DNA from: Alphaproteobacteria bacterium
Lineage (GTDB): Bacteria; Pseudomonadota; Alphaproteobacteria; UBA2966; CAIVPW01
DNA length: 60,908 nt
NCBI GenBank assembly: GCA_018658465.1
Contig: JABHVE010000056.1
Span: 1 to 60,908 of the forward strand
Direction: 5' to 3'
Shown here: positions 19,084 through 28,814 of the stretch, one piece after another
Position numbering within the stretch: the first letter of the stretch is position 1
Layout of the letters: every line of letters begins with the position of its first letter
Made by a program: the position numbers and the translations under genes
The notes under the pieces: model-generated
The model's database searches: none
What the model was told of the DNA's origin: nothing
The model's input: only the letters and a program-made list of their open reading frames with translations

Positions 19084-20039
19084 CGTGCGCCCGCTTCCTC
19101 GCCAACCGTCAGCTGGCGGAACACTTCGTCCAATTTTCCGATCACCGTGCGCATCTCTGCCACTTCGATGTTGCTCTCACGCACCGCCGCAGCGACGCCT
19201 TCGGCAATCGTATGACCGGGGCTGGGAACCACCATCAATGAAACAATGCCATCGATCGTTTCGCCGGTTTCCACATCGCTAACATGGCCGATATCACGCA
19301 GAACCTTGGTCGCCCGTTGGCCATCTTGGCTGCCCACCCGCAGCACCACCGCGTTATGGGTCGGAGATTTTGCATGCAATTGTTCAGGGGTGCCGTCCAA
19401 CACCACTTTGCCCTGGTCGATGATCACGGCCCGGGTACAGGCAGCGTCCACTTCTTCCAGAATGTGGGTAGAAATGATGATCGCCTTGCTCTCGCCCATT
19501 TCCTTGATCAGTTCGCGCACTTGATGCTTTTGGTTCGGGTCCAAGCCATCGGTGGGCTCGTCCAGGATCAGCACCTCGGGATCATGGAGAATGGCCTGGG
19601 CCAAACCCACCCGGCGCTTAAAGCCTTTAGACAAGGTTTCAATCCGCTGGAACATCACCCGTTCCAGGCCCATGCGTTCAACAACGTCGGAAATCCGGCG
19701 TTTGCCAGCGGCGCGCGACAAATTTCTGATTGAGGCAATGAATTCCAAAAACCCTTTGACGGTCATATCCCCGTACAACGGTGCACCTTCGGGCAGGTAG
19801 CCAATTTTTTCCTTCACGGCCACGGGGTTCGTGCGGATGTCTTCCCCTAATACACGGGCCGTGCCTGAACTGGGCGGCAAATAGCCGGTTATGACGCGCA
19901 TAGAGGTGGACTTGCCGGCACCATTGGGGCCGAGAAATCCCAGGACCTCTCCCTTGGCAACCGAAAAGCTGACGTTATCCACAGCCAGGATATCGCCGAA
20001 CCGCTTGCTTAATGCGTCGACTTCGATCAGATCCGCCAT
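19080..20039 (-). CDS. ABC transporter ATP-binding protein
   Basis: Walker A GPNGAGKST, signature LSKGFKRRVGLAQAI, Walker B VLILDEPTDGLD. Start at MADLIEVDAL (ATG 20039). Confidence 0.9.
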   Translation of the reverse strand: MADLIEVDALSKRFGDILAVDNVSFSVAKGEVLGFLGPNGAGKSTSMRVITGYLPPSSGTARVLGEDIRTNPVAVKEKIGYLPEGAPLYGDMTVKGFLEFIASIRNLSRAAGKRRISDVVERMGLERVMFQRIETLSKGFKRRVGLAQAILHDPEVLILDEPTDGLDPNQKHQVRELIKEMGESKAIIISTHILEEVDAACTRAVIIDQGKVVLDGTPEQLHAKSPTHNAVVLRVGSQDGQRATKVLRDIGHVSDVETGETIDGIVSLMVVPSPGHTIAEGVAAAVRESNIEVAEMRTVIGKLDEVFRQLTVGEEAGAR

Positions 20040-20308
20040 GCGGTAGACGCCCCCTCTCAGGACCAAACCCCGTTAACCGGGGGAGTTTTTATGCGCAAAG
20101 GGACAAAGGTTCAAGCACACTTTGCGCGATCCCCTGTCCCAGTACGCCAATGTTGGCGTGAATATGCGGCAATATCAAGGCAGGTTTTCCACAAGCCGCA
20201 AATCTAGCCTGTGGACAAAAGGCCAGTTGCTCTTGAAGTTCAGGGCGTTCAGAGTCCCCCCCAGGGGATGCCCCCACGCAATTCGAACAACATCTAGGGT
20301 TGGCCAAA

Positions 20309-20563
20309 ATGTCCAAACGACACTTCTTCGAGCCAGACCTGGGATCGGAACCCGACAGCCCCTTTGCCAGGGATCAAGACGGTAAATTGGTGCGGCGGAA
20401 CTATTGGTTGGATATGGGGGATCCATCGGTGATCCGGGCAATGACAGCCGGGATCGGTGCCCGGCTTTCCAACGATCAAAAACGTGCCCACCTCACTGAC
20501 GTGGGCCGGGAACACTTGATCGATCAGGTCTGTGTTCAGGAAATATTGCCGCCGCAAGCCTAG
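20309..20563 (+). CDS. Hypothetical small protein
   Basis: ORF in an otherwise empty intergenic gap with plausible codon usage. No family recognised and the RBS is weak. Confidence 0.35.
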   Translation: MSKRHFFEPDLGSEPDSPFARDQDGKLVRRNYWLDMGDPSVIRAMTAGIGARLSNDQKRAHLTDVGREHLIDQVCVQEILPPQA

Positions 20564-20588
20564 GCGCCCTTGGCCAGCTCGGCCGCCC

Positions 20589-23500
20589 CTATTTCACTTC
20601 GTCGGGCTTTCGCGAAGATTCGAACGCAGACAGCACCGAGGCCAACAGCTCTTCGTTCGAAGTTTGGGATTTCACCAAGGCATGGTGAATTTCGTCTGCC
20701 AATTCCCGCGAAACCTCAGTGGCAGAAAACACAATAACCGGAGGCGCAGTCACCTGAGATCCACCCGCCAATTCGGACAACAAGTCAGTCCCGGGCCGGT
20801 CCGGCAAATCCAAGTCCAGCAGAACCAAATCAAAATCATGTTCCGCCAATTGTTCCTGAGCCTGGGAAAACGAGCCAGCGGGCACAACCTCGGCATGGTC
20901 ACCCAATAAATCCGCAACGATGTCCCGAAGGTCCGGGTCATCTTCCACATGCAAAATCTTTGGCAGCCCGCCGCGGTGAACCCGGGCGCGATCAATTGCA
21001 TGGAGCAGGCGTTCGGTGTCCACCGGCTTTTCAATCCAATCGACCACATTGATCGCGTCGCCGTTGATCGTGTCTTCCTCGTCGGCGGAGATTACCGAAA
21101 CAACGACGATTGGCAGATCCCGGGTCGCTGGGTTTTCCCGCAATTCCTTCATGAAGGTCAGCCCGTCTTTCCCCGGAAGATTTAGATCAAGGGTCATTGC
21201 CGCGTAACGATTTGCCATGAGCATTTCAGCCGCGACTTCGGCTGAGTCCGCCACATGGGCATGGACACCGCCACTCTCCAAAATAAGCCGCAATAATTCA
21301 GCGATGTCGGGTTCATCTTCGCAAATCAAAACGGTTTGAGATCCGGCACTTAGTGGCTCGGATTTTTCGCCGACTTTGGCGACATCCAAGATCGGCAATT
21401 CAAAAAAGAATGTAGTCCCTCCCCCTGGGGTAGCCTCGAACCCGATCTGGCCGCCGTGTCGTTCAACAATTGCTCGGCAAATGTTCAGGCCAAGGCCGGT
21501 CCCGCCTGCGCTGCGGGTGTCAGTGGAGTCTGCCTGGGAAAACTTTTCAAAAATCAGGTCTTTGAATTCATCGGGTACACCCGAACCGTTGTCAGAGACC
21601 GAAGCGCGAATGGTGTTTTTTTGGACACCCACAGCAACCTTCACCGTTCCGCCTATTGGCGAAAACTTGGCAGCGTTTGACAGGAAATTTGCCATGACCT
21701 GGGTCAAACGATCACGATCCCCAGAGACCATCGCAACTGGCAATTTTTCGGCGATGTGAAGGACCACACTGCGCTCTTCACCGATGGTGTGATTTTGCTC
21801 CACCGAGTGGACCACGATGTCCGACAAATTCACCGGGTTCATGTGGAAATTCATCTTCCCAGCTTCGATCTTTTCGATATCAAGAATGTCATTGATTAAT
21901 CGAATAAGCCGATCGGAATTCGAATAGGCGATTTCCAACATCGAGTTGAGCCGTTCTGGCAGTTCCCCGGTCACACCGGAGCGAATTAATCCCAATGCTC
22001 CCTTGATCGAGGTCAAAGGGGTCCGCAATTCGTGACTAACGGTGGAGACGAATTCGTTCTTCAAACCCTCCACTGCTTTTAGGTCGGTGATGTCCCGCAC
22101 CACCCCGGTAAACATGCGTTTGCCAGCGATGGGCATTTCCCTGACAGCCAGGCTCATGGGGAACACGCGGCCATCTTTGCGCTGACCAAACACTTCGCGG
22201 CCAATGCCGATGACTCGGGTTTCTCCGGTCGTCAAATACCGGCCCACGTATCCATCATGCTCGCCCTTATAGGGTTCCGGCATCAACATGCGGACGTTGT
22301 TGCCGATGACTTGCTCTGGCGTGTGGCCAAAAATCTGTACTGCACTCGCGTTGAACGTTTGAACAACGCCCAGGGAATCGATGGTGATAATTCCATCGTC
22401 CACCGTGTTCAGAATTGCATTCAACGTCTCTGTGCGGTCGGCGACCAAACTTCTGATTTCAGCGCTGCGTGCTGCATTGGCGCGCACATAAAATCCAAGC
22501 AGCAAAACAATCAGAAAAACCGGCACCGCCCCCACCCATGGCTGATAATTCCGAAACCCAGAAAACTCGGGGCCGGAGGGGGTTGAAATCACCAGCCACA
22601 TACGGTCGCCCACCGAAATTTCCAAGGCAGCATGAACCCCGGACTGCAACCTCTGAATTGTTGGGATTGCTGGCTGCTTGTCTGGATCAACGGAAACTGA
22701 AAGCACCAAGCTGTCGCCCGGCGCCGCCTCAAGATCGAAAATATCGATCTCGAATCCTGGACCCCCAGCGGCCCCGGACAGGTCGATGGCATCGGCGACC
22801 GTGCGTTGGATATCCAACACAGCCAACGCGTATCCCAGCAGGGCAACGCGCCGCTCCTCAACCGAGCTCACCGGGGTGCCAGGCCGGTAGATTGGCGAAA
22901 AAATCAGCACGCCGGGACGGGTGCCGCCACCCTGGACCAAATTGATTCTTCCGCTGGCCACCACTTGGCCGGTATCCCGCGCCTCTTGTTCCAACACATC
23001 CGCGTCCTCTGGGCGTTCCCAGCTGCGCAGCAAAATCGCGTAATTCTTCAGGGTTTGCGCCACATCTGGATGGTCATTCCCCAACACCACCCGGCGAATT
23101 TCCAAAGACCGCAGAAACAACGGCTCTGCTTCTTCAAATCGCCCCTCCAGATAATACAATCCGGCCAGGTTGTTATAGCTTGTAGCGACTTCCCGGTGCT
23201 CCAGGCCGTACACGGCCTCCCAAATCACTTGGGACCGCAAATAATACTCTTCGGCAGTAACAAATCGCTTTTGCGCGTGAAAAATGACTGCCAAATTGTT
23301 TAGGGTTTGGGCCACCAAGGGGTGATCAGCCCCCAATTGACCTTCCCGAATTGCCAGGGCCCGCACCAACAAAGGCTCGGCAAAGTCCAACCATCCCAGC
23401 TGTTGGTATACCGCCGCCAAATTATGGGTGTGCTTGGCGGTGGTCACATGATCGGCACCGAATTCTTCTTCCGCCAAGCGCGCAGCCTCTTCGGCGAACG

Positions 23501-23645
23501 GCAGGGCGTTCAAAAGCTCGCCTTTTTGGTAAAACGCCAAGCTTTGATCGGCGGCATCCAGCAGCTGCGGCGTTTGCGCCACGGCCACGGCTGACCATAA
23601 CGCAAGCGCAACGAAACTAGCGATGACGCGTAAAGCTGCCCGCAC
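20589..23645 (-). CDS. Hybrid sensor histidine kinase: periplasmic TPR array plus CHASE-like domain, TM, PAS, HisKA, HATPase, two receiver domains
   Basis: TPR_12-type repeats (ATSYNNLAGLYYLEGRFEEAEPLFLRSLEI...). H-box STVSHELRTPLTSIKGAL. G-box GTGLGLNICRAIV. REC1 VLICEDEPDI...LDLNLPGKDG. REC2 ILHVEDDPDL...LLDLDLPDRPG. Start placed at GTG 23645, which has AAGGA upstream and gives the signal peptide RAALRVIASFVALALWSAVAVAQ. The ORF is open to 23738. Confidence 0.85.
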   Translation of the reverse strand: MRAALRVIASFVALALWSAVAVAQTPQLLDAADQSLAFYQKGELLNALPFAEEAARLAEEEFGADHVTTAKHTHNLAAVYQQLGWLDFAEPLLVRALAIREGQLGADHPLVAQTLNNLAVIFHAQKRFVTAEEYYLRSQVIWEAVYGLEHREVATSYNNLAGLYYLEGRFEEAEPLFLRSLEIRRVVLGNDHPDVAQTLKNYAILLRSWERPEDADVLEQEARDTGQVVASGRINLVQGGGTRPGVLIFSPIYRPGTPVSSVEERRVALLGYALAVLDIQRTVADAIDLSGAAGGPGFEIDIFDLEAAPGDSLVLSVSVDPDKQPAIPTIQRLQSGVHAALEISVGDRMWLVISTPSGPEFSGFRNYQPWVGAVPVFLIVLLLGFYVRANAARSAEIRSLVADRTETLNAILNTVDDGIITIDSLGVVQTFNASAVQIFGHTPEQVIGNNVRMLMPEPYKGEHDGYVGRYLTTGETRVIGIGREVFGQRKDGRVFPMSLAVREMPIAGKRMFTGVVRDITDLKAVEGLKNEFVSTVSHELRTPLTSIKGALGLIRSGVTGELPERLNSMLEIAYSNSDRLIRLINDILDIEKIEAGKMNFHMNPVNLSDIVVHSVEQNHTIGEERSVVLHIAEKLPVAMVSGDRDRLTQVMANFLSNAAKFSPIGGTVKVAVGVQKNTIRASVSDNGSGVPDEFKDLIFEKFSQADSTDTRSAGGTGLGLNICRAIVERHGGQIGFEATPGGGTTFFFELPILDVAKVGEKSEPLSAGSQTVLICEDEPDIAELLRLILESGGVHAHVADSAEVAAEMLMANRYAAMTLDLNLPGKDGLTFMKELRENPATRDLPIVVVSVISADEEDTINGDAINVVDWIEKPVDTERLLHAIDRARVHRGGLPKILHVEDDPDLRDIVADLLGDHAEVVPAGSFSQAQEQLAEHDFDLVLLDLDLPDRPGTDLLSELAGGSQVTAPPVIVFSATEVSRELADEIHHALVKSQTSNEELLASVLSAFESSRKPDEVK

Positions 23646-23799
23646 AATCAAAATCCTTTGGGTTGACCCAAATAGTACCAGATCAGTGGTTAACAGAATG
23701 AACGAGAACCACCGTTCGCACCGAAAAAATGACGACAATTTTGATGCAAATTCGCAGCCAACTTAGGCCACGGGGGCGCGAAATGATGGCCGAAAAAAT

Positions 23800-23876
23800 T
23801 GGTAGCGGGGGGCGGACTCGAACCGCCGACACGCGGATTATGATTCCGCTGCTCTAACCAACTGAGCTCCCCCGCC
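23800..23876 (-). tRNA. tRNA with CAT anticodon (elongator tRNA-Met type; tRNA-Ile2 not excluded)
   Basis: Minus-strand read: GGCGGGG-GA-GCTC-AGTTGGTTA-GAGC-A-GCGGA-ATCATAA-TCCGC-GTGTC-GGCGG-TTCGAGT-CCGCC-CCCCGCT-A-CCA. The full cloverleaf can be drawn by hand. Confidence 0.85.
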
Positions 23877-23913
23877 AGACCGGCGCATATATCGATCAGC
23901 GCTGGGGCTCAAG

Positions 23914-25047
23914 TCAAGCGGGCTGAGCCTGAAGCTGTTCGATTTTTTCGCCGTCCGCGCCAATTGGGGGAGGGGTAATCCACCCACCGCCCAAAACCCG
24001 GGTGCCACGATACACAACACAGGCCTGGCCCGGGGCCACCCCATATTCCGGCTGATCCAGCTCTACCATGGCCCCGCCATCCGCGGTGGCGGTAAGCGTC
24101 CCGCTGACCGGCGGCCGGGTCGATCGGACTTTGACTTCCCCGCGGATTGGCGCGGTGGGGGCCTTTGCGGTCAGCCAATTCATGTCGCGGACGCGAAATT
24201 TGGTCACCGCCAAGGCGTCGTTATCGCCAACGATGACGCGATTGGTCTTTGGCTCCAATCGCACCACATACAGGGGGTCGCCGCCGCCCAACCCAAGGCC
24301 CCGCCGTTGGCCCACCGTGTAATGGATGATGCCTTGGTGTTGACCCAGCACCCGGCCGTCCACGTGGACGATGTCCCCCGGCACCGCCGCTTCGGGCATC
24401 AAGCGTTCGATGGTGCGCGCGTAATCGCCGTCTGGGACAAAACAAATATCTTGGCTATCGGGCTTGGCGGCGACTTTCAGACCGAACCGATCGGCAATCG
24501 CCCGGGTTTCGGTCTTGTCCATGTCCCCCAAGGGAAACCGCAAATATTCAAGCTGCTCGCGCGTGGTGGCGAACATAAAATAGCTTTGATCGCGGCTGGG
24601 ATCCGCCCCCTGGTGAAGCTCTGGCCCCTCGTCACCGTCCACCCGGCGCACATAGTGGCCAGTGGCCAAGAAATCCGCGCCTAGGTCTTTCGCAGCGGCA
24701 AGGAGATCGCGAAACTTCACGGTTTGATTGCAGCGCACGCAGGGGATTGGCGTTTCGCCAGCCGCATAGGTCTGAACGAAATCATCGATGACCGACTCGC
24801 GAAATTTGGTTTCGTAATCCAGCACATAATGAGGAATCGCCAAATCCTGGGCCACCCGCCGGGCATCGGCGATGTCCTGGCCAGCACAGCACGACCCAAC
24901 GCGGCCCTTCATCGCCCCGTCGTCGTACAGCTGAAGTGTGACCCCCACGACTTCGAAGCCCTGGTCGGCCATCAGTGCCGCCGTAACGGAGGAATCCACG
25001 CCGCCGGACATGGCCACAACGGCGCGGGTTTTCGTATTTTCAGACAT
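23914..25047 (-). CDS. mnmA: tRNA 2-thiouridine(34) synthase MnmA
   Basis: PP-loop [10 protein letters not shown], catalytic-Cys context CVRCN, and typical length and order. Confidence 0.9.
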   Translation of the reverse strand: MSENTKTRAVVAMSGGVDSSVTAALMADQGFEVVGVTLQLYDDGAMKGRVGSCCAGQDIADARRVAQDLAIPHYVLDYETKFRESVIDDFVQTYAAGETPIPCVRCNQTVKFRDLLAAAKDLGADFLATGHYVRRVDGDEGPELHQGADPSRDQSYFMFATTREQLEYLRFPLGDMDKTETRAIADRFGLKVAAKPDSQDICFVPDGDYARTIERLMPEAAVPGDIVHVDGRVLGQHQGIIHYTVGQRRGLGLGGGDPLYVVRLEPKTNRVIVGDNDALAVTKFRVRDMNWLTAKAPTAPIRGEVKVRSTRPPVSGTLTATADGGAMVELDQPEYGVAPGQACVVYRGTRVLGGGWITPPPIGADGEKIEQLQAQPA

Positions 25048-25090
25048 GGCAGGAATATAAGCGTGCCAAGCGGCAGCGCAAGCCGACCGA

Positions 25091-25864
25091 CTATTTGCCT
25101 AAGTATTTGAACCAGTCTTCGGTGGCCGAGGCGATCTTGCCGGGGGTCCACACCGGCGCATCCCGCCAGTATTCAATATTTTCCAGCATGATGGCGACGC
25201 CGTCTTCGATGCCAACTTTTGGGGCCCAGCCCAAGGCATCGGAAATCCGGGTCATATCGGCAAATGTGCAATCGGGCTCCCCCGGACGTTTGGGAATGTG
25301 GATGCTTTCCTTGGCCTTTAACAATTCCACCAAGCGGTTGACGCTAACCGGGGCGCCAGATCCGACGTTGAACACCTGGTCCCGCAAATTACTTGCCGCA
25401 GTGGTCACCAGGGCATCCACAACATCCGAGACGAACGTGAAATCTCGGGTTTGCTCGCCGTCACCGACGATGGTCAGGGGCTTGTCCGCCAGCATCTGGG
25501 CCAGAAACACGCCGAACACCGCGCCATAGGTCCCGGAAGTTCTGGCCCGGGGGCCATACACATTAAAAAACCGCAATACCATAACCCGCAGGTCATAGAT
25601 CTTGCCCCAATGAAGGACCAATTCCTCGCCCATGTTTTTGGTCAAGGCATAGGGAAATTGCGGGCGAATTTCCGCGTCTTCCGGAGTCGGGTAGCTGTCA
25701 GGAATTCCGTAGCAGGTGGATGATGCCACATAGGTCAGCCGTTTGACCCCCGCCCGCTTCGCCGCTTCCAAGACGTTGAATGTGCCGTCCACATTGGTCG
25801 TGAAATATTCTCGTGGCTCGACAATGGACGGAACAATGTCCGCCCGGGCGGCCAAATGAAACAC
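25091..25864 (-). pseudogene. NAD-dependent epimerase/dehydratase (extended SDR), 5'-truncated: the Rossmann GxxGxxG region is missing
   Basis: The translation begins at the mid-protein motif VFHLAA. The catalytic YxxxK is present (PYALTKNMGE). About 70 N-terminal residues expected for this family are absent, and the reading frame is closed by a TGA 11 codons upstream. Confidence 0.65.
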
Positions 25865-27792
25865 CCGTTCGGATCCAAAATCATGATGACGCTGCCGTCA
25901 CCAAGGATGGTGTTGCCCGAGAACACGCCGATGTGGCGCAGAATGGGGGCAACCGGTTTGACCACGATTTCCTCGGTATCGAACACCCGATCCACAACAA
26001 TGCCAAACCGATAGCTGCCAACCTGGGTGACCAGGATGAACGAGTCTTCTGCATCGGCCACTGGGTCATGAACGGCAGGCTTGTCATCGGTTTCGGCTTC
26101 TGGTGTCGTATCCGTGCCGTCGACAGAGGCAGCCTTTTCGTCATCGGCCGGTGTATCACCCGCCAACGCCTGATCCAATTTCAAGACGGTCTCTTCGACT
26201 CTGGCAATATCTTCGAGCTGCAAAATTGTGCGCAGATCAACCAGAGGCAAAAGCCGGTTGCGAAGTCTCAGAACCGGGGTCTCGTTAATGACCTCGATCT
26301 TGTGCTCGGATTCTTTGGACGCCCGCACCAATTCCACAACGCTGATTTGCGGCATTGCAAACCGTTCGCCGGCGCAGCCCACAATCAGAGCGGAAACAAT
26401 GGCCAAGGTCAGAGGAATTTTAATCGTAAAGGTTGTCCCCTGGCCGGCGATGGACTTGGCATCGACCGTCCCGCCGATCTTTTCGACGTTGGTGCGCACC
26501 ACGTCCAAGCCAACGCCACGGCCCGACACACTGGTCACCGCCTTGGCGGTCGAGAACCCTGCCTTAAAGATGTATTGCAGGGCCTGTTGCTCGGACAAAG
26601 AGGATAGCTCTTGTTCTGTGGCGATTCCGTTGTCCAGGGCCTTTTGTTTCACCCGATCAATATCGATCCCGCCCCCATCATCCGAAATTCGCATAATGAT
26701 GTGGCCGCCTTCGTGGAAGGCGTTCAGGGTAATGGTGCCGGTTTCAGGTTTGCCGGCGGCAATGCGTTCTTCGGTGCTTTCCAAGCCATGATCGCCGGAA
26801 TTTCGCACCATGTGCATCAGCGGATCTTTAATGAGTTCCAACACCTGGCGATCTAGCTCGGTTTCGGCGCCGATCATTTCAATCTCGATCTTCTTGCCAA
26901 GGTCGTTGGCCAGGTCGCGCACGATCCGAGGCAATTTGGCCCAGGCGTTGCCGATCGGCTGCATCCGGGTTTTCATCACGCCTTCTTGAAGATCGGTGGT
27001 GACATGGCTGAGCCGCTGCAAGGGAACTGTGAATTCGCTGTCAGAGCCTTCACGGACACGCAGCAATTGCATCAGCTGATTGCGAGTCAGAACCAGCTCG
27101 CTCACCGTGGTCATCAGGGTTTCCAGAAGATCAACGCTGACCCGAATGGTTTGGTTTGCGGAGGAACTATCACCCGACTTTTCGGCCTTCTTCGCCGCAG
27201 CGGGGTCTTTCTTTTTCGCAACAGCCGTGGTTTTGGCCGCCACAACCTCTTTCGACGATTCTGGCTCTGGGTCTGGCGCAGAGGCTTCGTCTTCGGGGCC
27301 GGGGGCGTCGTTAAACGCCGCTTCCAGCGCGTCTAGCTCGTTGGCCTTGATGTCATCGAATTCGCTTGTTGCCGACGCTGCTGCCGCGGGCTCAGCCGCT
27401 TTGGCAGGTGCCTTGGCGGTTGCTGCGGTTTCGCGCAACCGGCCGACAATTTCCGAATCATCCCCTTCGGGCTCTGTTTCCAGTTCGCCCAGGCCTTGTA
27501 CGATTTCTTTGATCCGATCCAGGGCTTCCAGAACCAGAGTGATCACATCTGGAGAAACATCAATTTCGCCATCGCGAATTTTGCCCAGAACGTCTTCCCC
27601 CGCATGGGCGACCGTTTCAAGGCGCGGCAGGCCCAAAAACCCGCTGGTGCCCTTGATGGTATGAACGAGACGGAAAATGTTACCCAGAATATCCGGATTA
27701 TCCGGTTCCTGTTCTAGCTTCACTAGCTCAACGTCGGTGACGTCCAGAGCCTCATTCGTTTCGGTCAAAAATTCTGCTAGAAGGTCGTCCAT
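25735..27792 (-). CDS. cheA: Chemotaxis histidine kinase CheA. The native C-terminus is replaced by 42 codons read out of frame from the epimerase remnant.
   Basis: HPt HTIKGTSGFLGL, dimerisation/HATPase (GRGVGLDVV, GQGTTFTIKIPLTLA), and a CheW-like domain ending GDGSVIMILDPNG. It then continues CFIWPPGRTLFRP..., which is the +1 frame of the epimerase gene. Confidence 0.8.
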   Translation of the reverse strand: MDDLLAEFLTETNEALDVTDVELVKLEQEPDNPDILGNIFRLVHTIKGTSGFLGLPRLETVAHAGEDVLGKIRDGEIDVSPDVITLVLEALDRIKEIVQGLGELETEPEGDDSEIVGRLRETAATAKAPAKAAEPAAAASATSEFDDIKANELDALEAAFNDAPGPEDEASAPDPEPESSKEVVAAKTTAVAKKKDPAAAKKAEKSGDSSSANQTIRVSVDLLETLMTTVSELVLTRNQLMQLLRVREGSDSEFTVPLQRLSHVTTDLQEGVMKTRMQPIGNAWAKLPRIVRDLANDLGKKIEIEMIGAETELDRQVLELIKDPLMHMVRNSGDHGLESTEERIAAGKPETGTITLNAFHEGGHIIMRISDDGGGIDIDRVKQKALDNGIATEQELSSLSEQQALQYIFKAGFSTAKAVTSVSGRGVGLDVVRTNVEKIGGTVDAKSIAGQGTTFTIKIPLTLAIVSALIVGCAGERFAMPQISVVELVRASKESEHKIEVINETPVLRLRNRLLPLVDLRTILQLEDIARVEETVLKLDQALAGDTPADDEKAASVDGTDTTPEAETDDKPAVHDPVADAEDSFILVTQVGSYRFGIVVDRVFDTEEIVVKPVAPILRHIGVFSGNTILGDGSVIMILDPNGCFIWPPGRTLFRPLSSHENISRPMWTAHSTSWKRRSGRGSNG

Positions 27793-27982
27793 GTTTCTTC
27801 CCCAAAAACCTTGTTTTTCGTCATTTTTTTAAGCCGCCGCGCTATTCAAAAGCCAGCGACCCCACCCGCACTGCACACTCTGGAGGAGAGTCGTTAATAA
27901 CCCGTGAAATGTAGTTAATATCGTTCAGGTCAAGGGGAACAGGCAGGAAACGCCTAATCTTGGCTCGGGTACGAAACGATTT

Positions 27983-28609
27983 TCAGGAAAGCTCTAGTGC
28001 CGCCCTTAGGCTAACAAAACTGGTCCCATCGCCCTCGATTTCCACCGAAATCCCGGTGTTGCGGGCCAACTCCCCCGCATAGAACGCCTGAATTACGTGG
28101 GCGCTGATTTGGTTATCAGGTGCTTTGCCCTGTAACGCCGCTTGGCGATCTGGTGCCAGGGTTGCCCCCACCCCTGCACCGGTGACTTTCAGGGCGTCCG
28201 AGGAGATTTCCAGCTCCACATCACCGCCCCGAGGCAAGGATTCGGCCACCAATAAAATCATATTCATCAACAGCTTAATGACAGGCTGGGGCAAATCAGG
28301 CGGGGTGTCGGCGGGCCAATCCAGACCGACTTTTCGCCCCTGGAAGAACTTTTGCGCTGCAGACTTGGCCTCCGCCACAGGAATTTTCACCCCAAGGCCC
28401 CCGGCCGCGCCAAAAGCCAAGCGGAAAAACATCAATCGATTCAAGGTTTCACCGGCGCTGAATTCCAGCAAATCCATTGAAGCAAAGTCGGCGCCTTCGG
28501 GCATTTCGTCCCGCAAAAGCTCTAATCCATTATTTACCGCTCCTGCTGGTGCCGCCAAATCATGGCAAATGCGGGAAACCAATAACGACGCCAAGGTCAC
28601 ATCATCCAC
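27983..28609 (-). CDS. chpT: ChpT-family histidine phosphotransferase
   Basis: [24 protein letters not shown] is the ChpT-type pseudo-HisKA motif. About 200 aa with a degenerate ATPase-like C-domain. Confidence 0.75.
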   Translation of the reverse strand: MDDVTLASLLVSRICHDLAAPAGAVNNGLELLRDEMPEGADFASMDLLEFSAGETLNRLMFFRLAFGAAGGLGVKIPVAEAKSAAQKFFQGRKVGLDWPADTPPDLPQPVIKLLMNMILLVAESLPRGGDVELEISSDALKVTGAGVGATLAPDRQAALQGKAPDNQISAHVIQAFYAGELARNTGISVEIEGDGTSFVSLRAALELS

Positions 28610-28814
28610 AGGTTACCCCCCAACAAAAATTTCAATGTCCGCGATCATTCAGCCAAGAAATACCATACTTTTCCAAGGGTATCTTGAGAGCCTGGGCGAG
28701 AGATCCGGGATGGTGATTCTAGGTGAATTGCGCTTAGTATGGAGGTTGGGCACGGAATACAACGCGTTACGCCAACAATTCGATATGGCACAGCGCGAGT
28801 TTGGGCAAGTTGAG

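Noticed and set aside
20067-20100. Hairpin CCCCG-gttaac-CGGGG followed by a T-run on the plus strand, as a terminator
   Set aside because: No plus-strand gene ends upstream of it. It lies in the 5' leader of the minus-strand ABC operon. The stem is only 5 bp.
27890-27930. CtrA-type TTAA-N7-TTAAC box upstream of cheA
   Set aside because: TTAA half-sites are present (gttaataacccgtgaaatgtagttaat), but the spacing is 17 nt rather than 7. It does not match the consensus.
28125-28814. N-terminal 230-aa extension of the moaA ORF (ORF-track start 28125)
   Set aside because: It runs antisense through chpT and has a low-complexity translation. MoaA homology starts only at IDPFGR, so an internal ATG (28785 or 28815) was used.
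28610-28814. Moco riboswitch in the ~200-nt leader of moaA
   Set aside because: Segments such as GAGAGCC and GGGCACGGAA are faintly reminiscent of it, but I cannot reconstruct the conserved Moco-motif helices by eye. It needs an Infernal search (RF01055) before any claim.
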